From assembly GCF_009914755.1 (NCBI RefSeq), contig NC_060932.1: DNA of 64,000 nt. One strand, written 5' to 3'. Positions 38,153-51,230 of the stretch are shown piece after piece. Within the stretch, counting starts at the first letter, position 1. Every line of letters starts with the position of its first letter. The position numbers and the translations under genes were made by a program. This stretch comes from the human T2T-CHM13v2.0 reference genome, Homo sapiens. The notes under the pieces are model-generated. The model made no database searches. It was not told the DNA's origin and was given only the letters and a program-made list of their open reading frames with translations.

Positions 38153-39041
38153 CAGGTGGTCTTCCAAAGGTTCATAGAAAATGCACATGGTGAAGAAACT
38201 ATGCATGGATTTCCACTGGTTTGCACTAAAATAAACTTGTCCTAACTTCTGATAACCTTTCTGAACTAGATCTAGTTTGAGGCACTAAGAAGGATGAGAC
38301 ATCCACTGAAAAGGACTCCCATCAGAGCAACATGAATTCCACGAAAATTGCAGCAAGAGGAAACATCAAATTTGTGGTGAAGCTTGGGTGGAAGATTGAA
38401 GAAATCATTGACGTTTTAAGAAAAGCTTGTAAGGACACTACCCCGAAGAAATGAACTCTTTACGAATGTATAGCTTGTTTCAAGAAGAGTTGAGAAGATG
38501 TGGAAGATGAATCCTGCAGTGGCTGTGAAAACCACTGTGCCCAGATGAGCTGCAGTTACGACGAGAGCTATCAGTGGAAATTTTAAACAGGAGGGATCAC
38601 GATCCTGACGCATCCCTCTGACAAATTGTAAGCGGAAGTTGGAACATGGCTTCACCAATATGATCTCGAAGGCAAAGCATCATGAAAACGATGGCTACCA
38701 AGAGGTGGCAGTGGTCCAGTCAAAGGAAAAGGAGGCCAGTCAGGAGCCCACATCATGGCATCAGTGTTTTGGGACACTCAAGGCATTTTGCTTGTTGACT
38801 TTCTGAAAGGCCAAACATCTGCTTATTAGGAGAGTGTTCTGAGAAGCTTAGATAAAGCTTTGGTAGAAACATGCTGGGAAAGTCTCACTAGATCCTTGTT
38901 CACCACATCAATGCTCTGCTCATTCCTCTCATCAAACAAGGGCAATTTTGTCAGTTTCAATGGGCAGTCCTTAGGAATTCACCTTACGGGCTGCTTTCAT
39001 TCCTTCTAAATTCTTTTTGTTTCCTAATGATAAAAAGTCTC
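38153..39041 (+). mobile_element. Decayed Hsmar2 mariner
   Basis: Copy of 1583..2471. Confidence 0.88.
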
Positions 39042-41479
39042 CTTGCCTTGCTTGGAAAGATGAGAGAAAGTCTCCTTGCCTTGTTTGGACAGATGAGAGA
39101 TGAGATCCTCCTCTTCTCTCCCAGGACAGAATGGTGAGACTTGAGTTTCCTTTCTCCTCACTCTTCTCCTCCTTGAGGGAGCTGCTGTGCCGGACAGACC
39201 TGCCCCCGTGTCTAGACACTGGTAGACTCGTTTAAGTTCCTCACAGGCAATCCTCCATGGGGTCAAAGTGGAAGGACTTATTTCTTCAGGGCTCAGTAGT
39301 CCACATCCTGGCGCGCACCTTCACCAGCCCAGGGCGGGGTAGAGGAGGGTGAAAGGGCGTGGCTCAGAGCCCGCTTCTTCCGCTCGGGCGTATCCTGGGA
39401 GGAACCCTTGTCCGGTGAGCATGTCTTCGTCTCTACCAAATTCCCTAGTGGGACATTTCTGGCAGCCCTACTTGTTCAGCAGCTTACGGGGGTCAGGTGG
39501 ACCTCTGCTAGTCACCAGCCTGAAGCCCTTTCTCCATTTCAGCTATTTTGGCAGTTGCCTAGGTGACTTTTGAACCTCATTATCCAGAACAGCAAACGGA
39601 CGAGGGGTGAGAAGAGTGGCCGTCTGGGTTTGCAGCATAGTGCTGCCTTCTAGGAGTTGTGCAGTCTTCGATTGTGTGAAACTTCACCTGGCTGATTTGT
39701 GGCAATGCCTCCACAAAATCGCTAAATTCAGTAGCTTTGGCCTTCCAAGATTCATTTACACAATGTTGAATGCTTTAAATGAATGAGCATGAAGAGTGCT
39801 GGGCTGGAAAGTGATGAGATGGGTGGTAGGGACTCCTCGGAGTAGAGGAGTAGAGTTTTACTATTATGACTAGGAGGCAAATAAAAAGAAGCTGAACGTG
39901 ATCCATAATAAAAGAAGCACACACTCACAGAGCTCCATACCAACTACATTAAAATGGAAATCATGATATTTGGAAATACAACTTAATTGGAAATCATTAA
40001 GTAATCTCATCAACCTTTTTACAGTGGGTGGCAGGGCTATGGAGGGAAAACAGCAATGGTTCTGGCACCTACTTAACTTGATTCCATTAAATTCACCCAA
40101 CAGGCCTCCAGAGAACATATTACTGCTTTGATATTACAAAGGGAAAAACAGCTATGGCGTCTCTGAAAAGCACAACGTGCTAGGACTGGAATGACTTTAA
40201 AACCACACATAAATTTCTGAGAGATTTTTGCCATAAGGTACCATCCACCTTACTGTAAACCACATCCTAAAATTGTCTGCAGTGCAAATGGATTATGTGC
40301 ATCCAACAGGAAACAGCATAGGTTGAGAAGCTGTTACTTAATAGCTTCATTGTCACCACGAGTGTAAAGTGTGGGGTCTCATCACTTTTGCACCCACGTT
40401 TTGCCTGTTGGTTTCTCCACACTGTCAGGAGCATTTGACCAACTCACTGTGGCTCAGGGTCCCTTACGCAGCCTGTTGGGGAAACCAGTGGGTATTGAAG
40501 ACCTGCCTCTGGTGTGCCAGGAGGTTGTGCCTGCCGGCCACTCTGACTTGCGATCTTCCGCCTCAGTGTATGGCTTCCTACACCTGGGTAATTAACATAG
40601 CCAGCATGATAAGGAGGTCCTTTCATCACTATTGCCACTAGTCCTTCCGACTCCTGTGCCCTGTTTCTCCTTTATTGGAACCCAAGAACGAGTAAACATA
40701 GCATTTTCAAACATCCCGCCCCCTTCCCTGGTAACACCAATATTCCACCATCCTAATTCCCTCACAAGCATTCAGTCTCTCCACCCTGAGGTGGTGAAAT
40801 CCCTGCAGGCATTTATAAGTATACCTGGACAGAAGAAATACAAGATACCGTTCTATTAACTCAATATAGTGTTGCTAAGTTCGTACTTTTGCTTGGTTTA
40901 TTTTATTTTATAAATAGGTATCACTCGCATGGTTCCAAATGCGATAGGCACAGAGAGTATATATGATGGAATTACATCCTCCTTCCCTGCACTCAGCAAC
41001 CGAGATCTTCCCGCTACGGGCACTCAAAGGTTTCATTGTCTGAAATATCAGCCTAAACGTAGTTTATGTTTAGGAAGCAACAACCGTAAATAGGCCCACA
41101 TCCAAACGGAGTGGATTTAGGTTTCACTTTTTCAAGGAAAAACCATCAAAGAATTTTTCCACATACTTATAAACCATCCCACGTATAGAATCCATTTTTA
41201 CTGACACAAATTTAGTACCAATAAACGACTCTTCTTCTCAATTTGTTTTATTTAACAATAAGTCTTGAACGTCATTCCCAGTTAACATTTTGAAGAGTTT
41301 CCTCTCTTTCGTTCTGTTTTAGCTGCAAAGTATTCTTCCGTAAGGATGAACGTACTATAATTTATTAGCCAGCCACTTAGTGATGTACAATTAAGCAGTT
41401 TTAAATCTTTGACTCTTGAAAATATTGTTTCTCACACATAAATATTTCTATAAAATAAATTAGTTGAATTAGAATTGTT

Positions 41480-41692
41480 GGAGTTCAAGACCAGCCTGGC
41501 CAACATGGTGAAACCCCATCTCTACTAGAAACACAAAATTAGCCGGACATGCCGGTACATGCCTCTAATCTCAGGTGAGGCAGGAGAATCACTTCAACCT
41601 GGGAGGCAGAGGTTGTAGTGACTCGAAATCACGCCACTGCACTCCAGCCTGGGCGACGCGAGCGAAACTCTGTCTCAAAAAACCAAAAAAAA
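41480..41692 (+). mobile_element. 5'-truncated Alu (AluS-like)
   Basis: Copy of 4910..5122. Confidence 0.92.
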
Positions 41693-41694
41693 TT

Positions 41695-42545
41695 AAACAT
41701 AAAAAGAAAAGCGGTACATATACCCAATAGAACACAATTCAGCCTTAAAAAAGAAAGAAATCATCTCATTGGCAACACGAATGAGCCTAGAGGATGGTAC
41801 ACTGAGTGAAAGAAAGCAAAGGCCAGGCACGGTGGCTCATGCCTGTAATCCCAGTACTTTGGGAGGCCAAGGCAGGTGGAAGCGTTGAGCCCAGGAGTTG
41901 GAGATGAACCTGGGCAACATGGTGAAACCCCATCTCTAAAAGAAACACAAAAATTAGCCAAGTGTGGCGTTGGAAGCCTGTAGTCCTAGCTATTCAGGAG
42001 GCTGAAGCGGGAGGAACTCTCGACCCCGGGAGGTGGAGGCCGTGGTGAGTGAGCCGTGTTTGTGTCACTGTACTCCAGCCTGGGTGACAGACTGAGACCC
42101 TGTCTCAAAAAATAAATAATTACATAATAAAGATTTAAAAAGCAAGCACAAAAAGACAAATACTGCATGATCTCACTTATATGTGCAATCTCAAACAATG
42201 CAACTCATAGCTGTAGAGAGCAGAACGGTGGTTACCCGAGGCAGGGGTCAGGGAGGGACTGGAGAGATGATAGTCTCATGATACAAAATTTCAGAGAGGA
42301 ATGGTTCTAGAGATCTATTGAACAGCCTGGCATCTACAGTGTATAAGTATGTATTGTATACTTGAAAATTGCTATAAGAGTAGATTTTAGACATGTCCTC
42401 ATCACATTAAAATCAGTATGTGAGGAAACGAGTGTGTTAATTAGCTTGATTTTGTCATTCCACAATGTATACACGTATGAAACATCATGTTGTATGCCAT
42501 AAATATATATAATTTTTATTTGTCAAGTTAAAATTAAAATTCATA
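41695..42545 (+). mobile_element. L1MA-type 3' fragment
   Basis: Copy of 5125..5975. Confidence 0.8.
41821..42131 (+). mobile_element. Alu (AluJ-like)
   Basis: Copy of 5251..5561. Confidence 0.93.
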
Positions 42546-43539
42546 TAAATTATAAAAATAAAATGAAACAACATACACTACAAAAGACTTTTATTTATTA
42601 AATCCCCACAGAAGGGGTCAGAGTGATAAAGGAAAATAAAATTCCGGGAACGGTAAAATCAATCAGAAATGCCCTACTTCAGTGCTTTCGAAATTTGTCT
42701 GACAGAGTGGAAATCCAGTTTTTCACTAAGTCACTGTTCTGGAACAGTTTGTGTGTGTGTATGTATGTGTGTGAGGGCTCACATACACAAATTGAACTAA
42801 TGGAAGTGTAAGCATTCAAATTATCAGTTTAATTTAGTTCTATACATATACACACACACACACTCACACACCGAAAACATTGATAAAATCAGCCATTCCA
42901 GCAAAACTAGCTACTTAGTGTCTATCTCTCCTTGAAGATTCAAACTAGAAATGAGGATTTAGAGAGGCATGATGGTTCGTTCTCTCTTGGAGCCCAGTTC
43001 GAAGTTGACTGACTGATTCAGTCATTGTAATTGGTTGGTCTTGGGGAAGAATCCACTTTGACTCTTGGGAAGTCAGCTAGGTCAGCGGACAGAGCAGGGG
43101 CTCTGGAGCCAGACTGCCTGCACCCGACTTCTAGCTATGATACCTTGGAAAAACTACTTATCACCTGGACTTCAGGTTCCTCATCTGTAAAATGGGGATA
43201 AGAATGCTATCTCTCTCACAACTGTTAGGAGGACTGACTGGGTTAATACGTGCAAAGTACCAAGTACATAAGAAACCAACAGCCAGTGCTCATTACAATC
43301 ATTATTATTTTGGGCAAGTTAAGCCGCATGGTTTCTTTAGGTATAAAATTAGGCTTTATTTACCTACCTGTTGGGTTGTTCCAAGGATTAATCACATAGT
43401 GTTCATGAATTCCCTTTATAAACTATTATAGAAAAGAAATATAGTTAACATTAATTGAACACCTACTATGTGCGATCGTTTTAAGGCTTGCCATGTGCTG
43501 CTTCATTCAGTCCGCACCATGACATTAGGATCACACTTT

Positions 43540-46500
43540 CGTTTTCCATTTTTTTTTAAATTATACTTTAATTACTAGGGCACATGTGCACAACGTGCAG
43601 GTTTATTACGTATGTAAGCACGTGCCATGTTGGTGTGCTGCACCCATTCACTAGTCATTTACATTAGGTATATCTCTTAATGTTATCCCTCCCCCTCCCC
43701 CCGCCCATGACAGGCCCCGGTGTGTGATGTTCCCCTTTCTGCGTCCAAGTGTTCTCCTAGTTCAATTCCCACCTATGAGTGGGATCACGCGGTGTTTGGT
43801 TTTTTTGTCTTTGCGATAGTTTGCTAAGAATGATGGTTTCCAGCTTCATCCGTGTCCCTCCGAAGGGCATGAACACATGCTTTTTTATGGCTGCATAGTA
43901 TTCCACGGTGTATTTGTGCCACGTTTCCTTAATCCAGTCTATCATTGATGGACATCTGGGCTGGTTCCAAGTCTTTGCTACTGTGAACGGTGCCGCAATA
44001 AACATGCGTCTGCGTGTGTCCTTTTAGCAGCATGATTTATAGTCCTATGGGTGTATACCCAGTAATGGGACGGCTGGGTCAAATGGTATTTCTAATTCTA
44101 GATCCTTGAGGATTCGCCACACTATCTTCCACAACCGCTGAACTGGTTTACAGTCCCACCAGCAGTGTAAAAGTGTTCCTATTTCTCCACTACCTCTCCA
44201 GCACCTGTTGTTTCCTGACTTTTTTATTGATCGCTATTCTAACTGGTGTGAGACGATATCTCTTTGCGGATTTGATTTGCATTTCTCTGATGACCAGTGT
44301 TGATGGGCATTTTTTCATGTGTCTGTTGGCTGCATAAATGTCTTCTTTTTAGAAGTGTCTCTTCATATCCTTCCCGCACTTGTTGATGGGGTTGTTTGGT
44401 TTTTCTTGTAACTCTGTTTGAGTTCTTAGTAGATTCTGGATATTAGCCCTTTGTCAGATGAGTAGATTGCAAAAATTTTCTCCCTTTCTGTAGCATGCCT
44501 GTTCACTCTGATGGGAGTTTCTTTAGCTGTGCAGAAACTCTTTAGTGTAATTAGATGCCGTTTGTCAATATTGGCTTTTGTTGCCTTTGCTTTTGGCGTT
44601 TTAGACATGAGGTCCTTGCCCATGCCTGTGTCCTGAATGGTATTGCCTAGGTTTTCTCCTAGGGTTTGTATGGCTTAAGATGTAACATTTAAGTCTGTCA
44701 TCCGTCTTGAATAAACTTTTGCATAAGGTGTAAGGAAGGGATCCAATTTCACCTTCGGACATATGGCTAGCCAGTTTTCCCAGCACCATTTATTAAATAG
44801 GGAATCCTTTCCCCATTTCTTGTTTTTGTCAGGTTTGTCAAAGATCCGACGGTTGTAGATGTGTCGTATTATTTCTGAGGGCTCTATTCTGTTCCATTGG
44901 TCTACAGTAACCAAAAAGGCAACCAACAGCATGCTGTTTGGTTACTGTAGGCTTGTAGTGTAGTTTGAAGTCGGGTAGCTTGATGCCTCCACCTTTGTTC
45001 TTTTGGCTTAGGATTATCTTGGCAGTGGGGGCCCTTTTGTGGTTCCATGTAAACTTTCAAGTAGTTTTTTCCAATTCTGTGAAGAAAGTCCTTGGTAGCT
45101 TGATGGGGATGGCATTGGATCTATAATATACCTTGGGCAGTATGGCCATTTTCACGATACTGATTCTTCCTAACCGTGAGCATGGAATATTCTTCCATTG
45201 GTTTGTGTCCTCTTTTATTTCGTGGAGCAGTGGTTTGTAGTTCTCCTTGAAGAGGTCCTTCGCACATCGCATCCCTTGTTAGTTGGATTCCTCAGTATTT
45301 TATTCTCTTTGAAGCAATTGTGAATGGGAGCTCAGTCATGATTTGGCTCTCTGTTTGCCTGTTATTGGTGTATGAGAATGCTTGTGTTTTTTGCACATCG
45401 ATTTTGTATCCTGAGACTTTGCTGAAGTTGCTTATCAGCTTAAGGAGATTTTGGGCTGAGACGCTGGGGTTTTCTAAATATTCAATCATGTCATCTACAA
45501 ACAGGGACAATTTGACTTCCTCTTTTCCTAATTGATTACTCTTTATTTCTTTCTCCTGCCTGATTGCCCTGGCCAGAAGTTCCAACACCATGTTGAATAG
45601 GAGTGGTGAGAGAGGGCACCCCTGTCTTGTGGCAGTTTGCAAAGGGAATGCTTCCACTTTTTGCCCATTCAGTATAATATTGGCTGTGGGTTTGCCCTAA
45701 ATAGCCCTTATTATTTTGAGGTATGTCCCATCAGTACCTAATTTATTGAGAGTTTTTGGCATGAAAGGCTGCTGAATTTTGTCAAAGGCCTTTTCTGCAT
45801 CTGTTGAGATAATCACGCGGTTTCTGTCTTTGGTTCCGATTATATGCTGGATTATGTTTATTGATTTGCATATGTTGGACCAGCCTTGCATGTCAGGGAT
45901 GAAGCCCACTTGATCATAATGGATAAGCTCTTTGATGTGCTGCTGGATTCGGTTTGCCAGCATTTTATGGAGGATTTTTCCATCGGTGTTCCTCAGGGAT
46001 ATGGGCCGAAAATTCTCTTTGTTGGTTGTGTCTCTCTCAGCCTTTGGGATCAGGATGATGCTGGCCTCATAAAATGAGATAGGGAGGATTCCCTCTTTTT
46101 CTGTTGATTGGAATAGTTTCCGAAGGAATGGTACCAGCTCCTCCTTGTACTTCTGGTAGAATTCGGCTGTGAATCCGTCTGGTCCTGGAGTTTTATTGCT
46201 TGATAGGCTATTAATTATTGCCTCAATTTCAGAGCCTGTTATTGGTCTATTCAGGCATTCAACTTCTTCCTGGTTTACTCTGGGGAGGTTGCATGTGTCC
46301 AGGAATTTATTCATTTCTTCTAGATTTCCGAGTTTGTTTGCCTAGAGGTGTTGACAGTATTCTCTCATGGTAGTTTGTACTTCTGTGGGATCAGTGGTGA
46401 TATCCCCTTTATCATTTTTTATTGCATCTGCTTGATTCTTCTTCCTTTCATTCTTTAATAGTCTTGCTAGTGGTCTATCAATTTTGTTGATGGTTTCAAA

Positions 46501-47211
46501 AAACCCGCTCCTGGATTCATTGATTTTTTGAAGGGTTTTTTGGGTCTCTATCTCCTTCAGTTCTGCTCGGATCTTAGTTATTTCTTGCCTTCTGCTAGCT
46601 TTTGAATGTGTTTGCTCTTGCTTCTCTCATCCTTTTAATGGTGATGTTAGGGTATGCATTTTTGATCTTTCCTGCTTTCCCTTGTGGGCATTTAGTGCTA
46701 TAAATTTCCCTCTACACACTGCTTTAAATGTGTCCCAGAGATTCTGGTATGTTGTGTCTTTGTTCTCATTGCTTTCAGAGAATATCTTTATTTCTGCCTT
46801 CATTTCGTTATGTACCCAGTACTCATTCAGGAGCAGCTTGTCCGGTTTCCATGCAGTTGTGCGGTTTTGAGTGAGTTTCTCAATCCTGAGGTCTAGTGTG
46901 ATTGCAATGTGGTCTGAGAGACCGTTTGTAATAATTTCTGTAATTTTACTTTTACTGAGGAGTGCTTTACTTCCAACTATGTGGTCAATGTGGAAATAAG
47001 TGTGATGTGGTGCTGAGAAGAATGTATATTCTGTTGATTTGGGGTGGAGCGTTCTGTAGATGTCTCCTAGGTCCGCTTGGTGCAGAGCTGAGCTCAATTC
47101 CCGGATATCCTTTTCTAACTTTCTGTCTCGTTGGTGTGTCTAATGTTGACAGTGGGGTGTTAAGTTTGCCATTATTATTATTATTACTATGTGGGAGTCT
47201 AAGTCTCTTTT
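43540..47211 (-). mobile_element. 5'-truncated L1PA
   Basis: Copy of 6971..10644 with the same TSD. Confidence 0.97.
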
Positions 47212-47775
47212 GATCACACTTTAAAGACCAAAAGGTAGAAGCGCAAAGACGTTATCTGTCCAATATTACAAACCTAGTAAGTGGTGGAATTTGGCCTTGA
47301 ACCCAGATCTGTAACTCCAGAGCCGAAGTGCTTCACCCACCTCCCTGTGGTGCCTCTACAGAAAAAGAGGTAAGCAGGCATTCCGAAAGCTGGTGGGCCG
47401 GGGGGCTGGCCTTGTACTCAGAAGCCATGGAAGTCCCACGTGGGGTGGCTAGTGGTGTAAGGACAGAGGTCTCGGATGGGCAGAGGGATGTGGACAGGCG
47501 CGAGGGCGCGCGGCAGGGACTCGGGGGACTGGGAGTGGCGGCTCGGGGCTGCGGGAGGCGATTGGTGGAAGGACAGAGGTCTGGGAGGGGCAGAGGGATG
47601 TGGACAGGCCCGAGGGGCCGCGGCAGGGATTCCGGGGGACCGGGAGTGGGGGGTTGGGGTTACTCTTGGCTTTTTGCCCTCTCCTGCCGCCGGCTGCTCC
47701 AGTTTCTTTCGCTTTGCGGCGAGGTGGGCAGGGTGAGCTCTCGGGACTGATGGCGGTTTTGGAAGAGGCCTGGGG

Positions 47776-49803
47776 CTAAGGACAGGCCAGGGCGGCGGGA
47801 GAGGCGGACCGGTGGCGTGGCTGGATCTGGGCGCGCTGTCGGACCTTCCACATCACCAGCTGCAGGCAGGCGTTTGCGTCCTCGCTGGAGTTGTGGCCGT
47901 CCTGGCTGTCCTGGATGATCTGTGCCAGGTAGTCGGCCGCGAGATTCCTGAGGGAGCGCTTGTAGGGGAAACCCAGGTAGTGCGGGAAGAGCACGGCCGT
48001 GTCCACCACGGTGCTGTGGATGAGCTTCAGGGCCAGCAGGTCGCTCTCCAGGCTGTGCCCGATGAGGATGGTTTGGGCGCTGAAAAAGCTCAGCAGGATG
48101 GCTTGGACTTGGGGCAACGTGATGCTCGTCTTGGCGACGTCGGCCTCGGTGACTCCGGAAAACCTGGTGTTGTAGTCCACGATCTCGTTGTCGGGCTTGA
48201 CGAAGGTGTCGTACACCACTCGCATGTCGGCGTCCACCACGGTGACGCGGGTCAGCTCTAGGCCATGCGTGGTGTAGCACATCTCACAGTCCAAGGCGTA
48301 GATTCCTGGATAAGCGTCTCTGGACAACTCTTTCTTGAAGGTCTCCACGAAGCCATCGAGGCTCTCCTTGCGGCCGTCCCGCACGTGCTGCTTTGCCACC
48401 TGGCAGCCCACAGAGCCAGGAGCAGCTGCACAGCAGGTGTACTGGCTAACCCGGCCTCCAGCCACCTGGCTCGAGCGGACCCGCCCCCAGTGATAATAAC
48501 ACAACTGGTCGCGTACACAGCGGCCCGAGGAGGACACCAGGTACTCGGTGCCACAACGGCAGCAGACCCTGCAGGAGGAGTCGCCGGGCCCCTTCCCCTG
48601 GCCAGTGAAGAGGACGGCGCCTCCGGGCCGCTCGGGGTGCGGGAAGGGGTAGCCGTTCTCCTTGAGCTGGTCCTGGGTGAGCAGGAACTCCTGGAGGCGG
48701 CTGTACAGGGCGGCCCTGCTGAGGCCGGGCATGGAGCTGGGGGTCAGGCCCTTCAGTCTCTTGAGGGTGTTCAGGACCACGTTCAGGTACCTGTTCTTGT
48801 TGGGGCTGCAGTCGTAGGCCACCTTCTCCTCGTTCAGCGCCTTCTCCTCGGCCTCCTGCTTGGAGGCGCAGAACTTGAGACACTCTTCGGTGAACAGTTG
48901 GAGATAGCCTCGGCGGAGGACGGTGGGGACTTGGCACCCAGAGCTTCGGAGGATAATGGGTTTCTTCAAACTCAAACTCGGTAAGGATGCACGACGGACG
49001 ATTCGCTTAGAGCTGGTGGTGGCGGTGGTCTTGCATGCCATCCCTGACCTGTTGCGCGTCTTCCCTGGCTGTCTGCCGACCTTGGAGCCACGGGAGCGTT
49101 GGCTGCTGCTGGCCACCCGGGTTCTCTTGGCATCTGTGTAACCTGTGACCAAGCAAGGGCTGGAAGAGTGGGCGATCGTCTTCCTCTTCCTGGGGGCTGA
49201 GATGCGGACTCCCGAGGGCCTCTCTGTCAGCCTTGGGGCGGCTGGCAAGCGGCAGGCCGATCCCCTCTGCGCAGGGAAGTAGCACGACTCCGTCACCATC
49301 TTGGGCCACGCTGGGGGCACCGCCGGACCCCTGTTCTGGGGCTCCGCCTGGATGTCCACAAATGCTGAGGCCTGCTTGTGCATCTGGGGCACCCAGAGCC
49401 CGAAGCTCTGGGCAGGCTGATGAGAGGGCAGTGGGAATTCTGGAGCCTCGAGGGCCGCCTCCTCGGCCACCTTCTTAGCTTCTGGGTATCCAGGTGGGAA
49501 CCAGCAGGGAGCTGTGGCTCGCAACATCTTGCTGCCTTCGGGAGCACCGGCCGGGCTCTGCTCCGCTCCCAAATGGCGGCTTGCCTCCGGGGCCGCCTCC
49601 TTGGCCACCTTCTTAGCTTCTGGGTATCCAGGGCGGAACCAGCAGGGAGCTGTGGCTCGCAACATCTTGCTGCCTTCGGGAGCACCGGCCTGGCTCTGCT
49701 CCCCTCCCAAATGGCGGCTTGCCTCCAGGGCCGCCTCCTCGGCCACCTTCTTAGCTTCTGGGTATCCAGGGGGGAACCAGCAGGGAGCTGTGGCTCGCAA
49801 CAT
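47776..49803 (-). CDS. REXO1L1: REXO1L/GOR exonuclease copy
   Basis: Intact 675-aa ORF, same protein as 11209..13236. Confidence 0.9.
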   Translation of the reverse strand: MLRATAPCWFPPGYPEAKKVAEEAALEASRHLGGEQSQAGAPEGSKMLRATAPCWFRPGYPEAKKVAKEAAPEASRHLGAEQSPAGAPEGSKMLRATAPCWFPPGYPEAKKVAEEAALEAPEFPLPSHQPAQSFGLWVPQMHKQASAFVDIQAEPQNRGPAVPPAWPKMVTESCYFPAQRGSACRLPAAPRLTERPSGVRISAPRKRKTIAHSSSPCLVTGYTDAKRTRVASSSQRSRGSKVGRQPGKTRNRSGMACKTTATTSSKRIVRRASLPSLSLKKPIILRSSGCQVPTVLRRGYLQLFTEECLKFCASKQEAEEKALNEEKVAYDCSPNKNRYLNVVLNTLKRLKGLTPSSMPGLSRAALYSRLQEFLLTQDQLKENGYPFPHPERPGGAVLFTGQGKGPGDSSCRVCCRCGTEYLVSSSGRCVRDQLCYYHWGRVRSSQVAGGRVSQYTCCAAAPGSVGCQVAKQHVRDGRKESLDGFVETFKKELSRDAYPGIYALDCEMCYTTHGLELTRVTVVDADMRVVYDTFVKPDNEIVDYNTRFSGVTEADVAKTSITLPQVQAILLSFFSAQTILIGHSLESDLLALKLIHSTVVDTAVLFPHYLGFPYKRSLRNLAADYLAQIIQDSQDGHNSSEDANACLQLVMWKVRQRAQIQPRHRSASPAALACP

Positions 49804-49858
49804 CTTGCTGCCTTCGGGAGCACCGGCCTGGCTCTGCTCCTCTCCCAACTGGCGGCTT
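49445..49858 (-). repeat. 3 x 138-bp coding repeat
   Basis: Copy of 686..1099. Confidence 0.95.
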
Positions 49859-49859
49859 C

Positions 49860-50020
49860 AATGAGTGCTGCGGCCGCCACTTGTCGCCTTTATATAGGCA
49901 CAGGGCAGACTGGGTGGGACTTCTCCTTGATAGGTTGGTGCTTCAGTCCAATCACACTGAGCCTCATCTTCCACCAGACTCCAGCTTGGGAATGCCTCAG
50001 GGGGTGCGCTAATGGAATCA
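49860..50020 (-). promoter_or_regulatory. Predicted core promoter
   Basis: Copy of 1101..1261. Confidence 0.7.
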
Positions 50021-50341
50021 ACTGGAACTCCCGGTTGCTAAACTTGGAGCTAGGTTGCTTTTCCTGAGTTAAGTAACTGTCCCTGCAGGGCAGTCCTATA
50101 ATGGCTACTGGAATTGGGCTACCTAGGATTAAATTAAGGTTCAGGGAGGTTGGTCAACTTGCTTGGGCCCACACAGCACCCCTTGGAGCCAGGACTGGGC
50201 CAGCAGTCTGCTGCATGCTGGAGGGCGGGATCCCTCTGGGGCTGCCTTTCCCTGCTCTGTGCACTCCGCCGCTGCGGGCAAATTGAGGACAGGAAGCGGA
50301 CCGCACCCACTTCTCTCCCAGGACTTGGGCAATGTTCAACA

Positions 50342-51230
50342 CAGGTGGTCTTCCAAAGGTTCATAGAAAATGCACATGGTGAAGAAACTATGCATGGATT
50401 TCCACTGGTGTGCACTAAAATAAACTTGTCCTAACTTCTGATAACCTTTCTGAACTAGATCTAGTTTGAGGCACTAAGAAGGATGAGACATCCACTGAAA
50501 AGGACTCCCATCAGAGCAACATGAATTCCACGAAAATTGCAGCAAGAGGAAACATCAAATTTATGGTGAAGCTTGGGTGGAAGATTGAAGAAATCATTGA
50601 CGTTTTAAGAAAAGCTTGTAAGGACACTACCCCGAAGAAATGAACTCTTTACGAATGTATAGCTTGTTTCAAGAAGAGGTGAGAAGATGTGGAAGATGAA
50701 TCCTGCAGTGGCTGTGAAAACCACTGTGCCCAGATCAGCTGCAGTTACGACGAGAGCTGTCAGTGGAAATTTTAAACAGGAGGGATCACAATCCTGACGC
50801 ATCCCTCTGACAAATTGTAAGCGGAAGTTGGAACATGGCTTCACCAATATGATCTCCAAGGCAAAGCATCATGAAAGCGATGGCTACCAAGAGGTGGCAG
50901 TGGTCCAGTCAAAGGAAAAGGAGGCCAGTCAGGAGCCCACATCATGACATCAGTGTTTTGGGACACTCAAGGCATTTTGCTTGTTGACTTTCTGAAAGGC
51001 CAAACATCTGCTTATTAGGAGAGTGTTCTGAGAAGCTTAGATAAAGCTTTGGTAGAAACATGCTGGGAAAGTCTCACTAGATCCTTGTTCACCACATCAA
51101 TGCTCTGCTCATTCCTCTCATCAAACAAGGGCAATTTTGTCAGTTTCAATGGGCAGTCCTTAGGAATTCACCTTACGGGCTGCTTTCATTCCTTCTAAAT
51201 TCTTTTTGTTTCCTAATGATAAAAAGTCTC
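50342..51230 (+). mobile_element. Decayed Hsmar2 mariner
   Basis: Copy of 1583..2471. Confidence 0.88.

Noticed and set aside
42623-42811. 62-aa ORF present only in units 4 and 5
   Set aside because: It is a by-product of a 1-bp deletion, has a GTG start and runs through a microsatellite.
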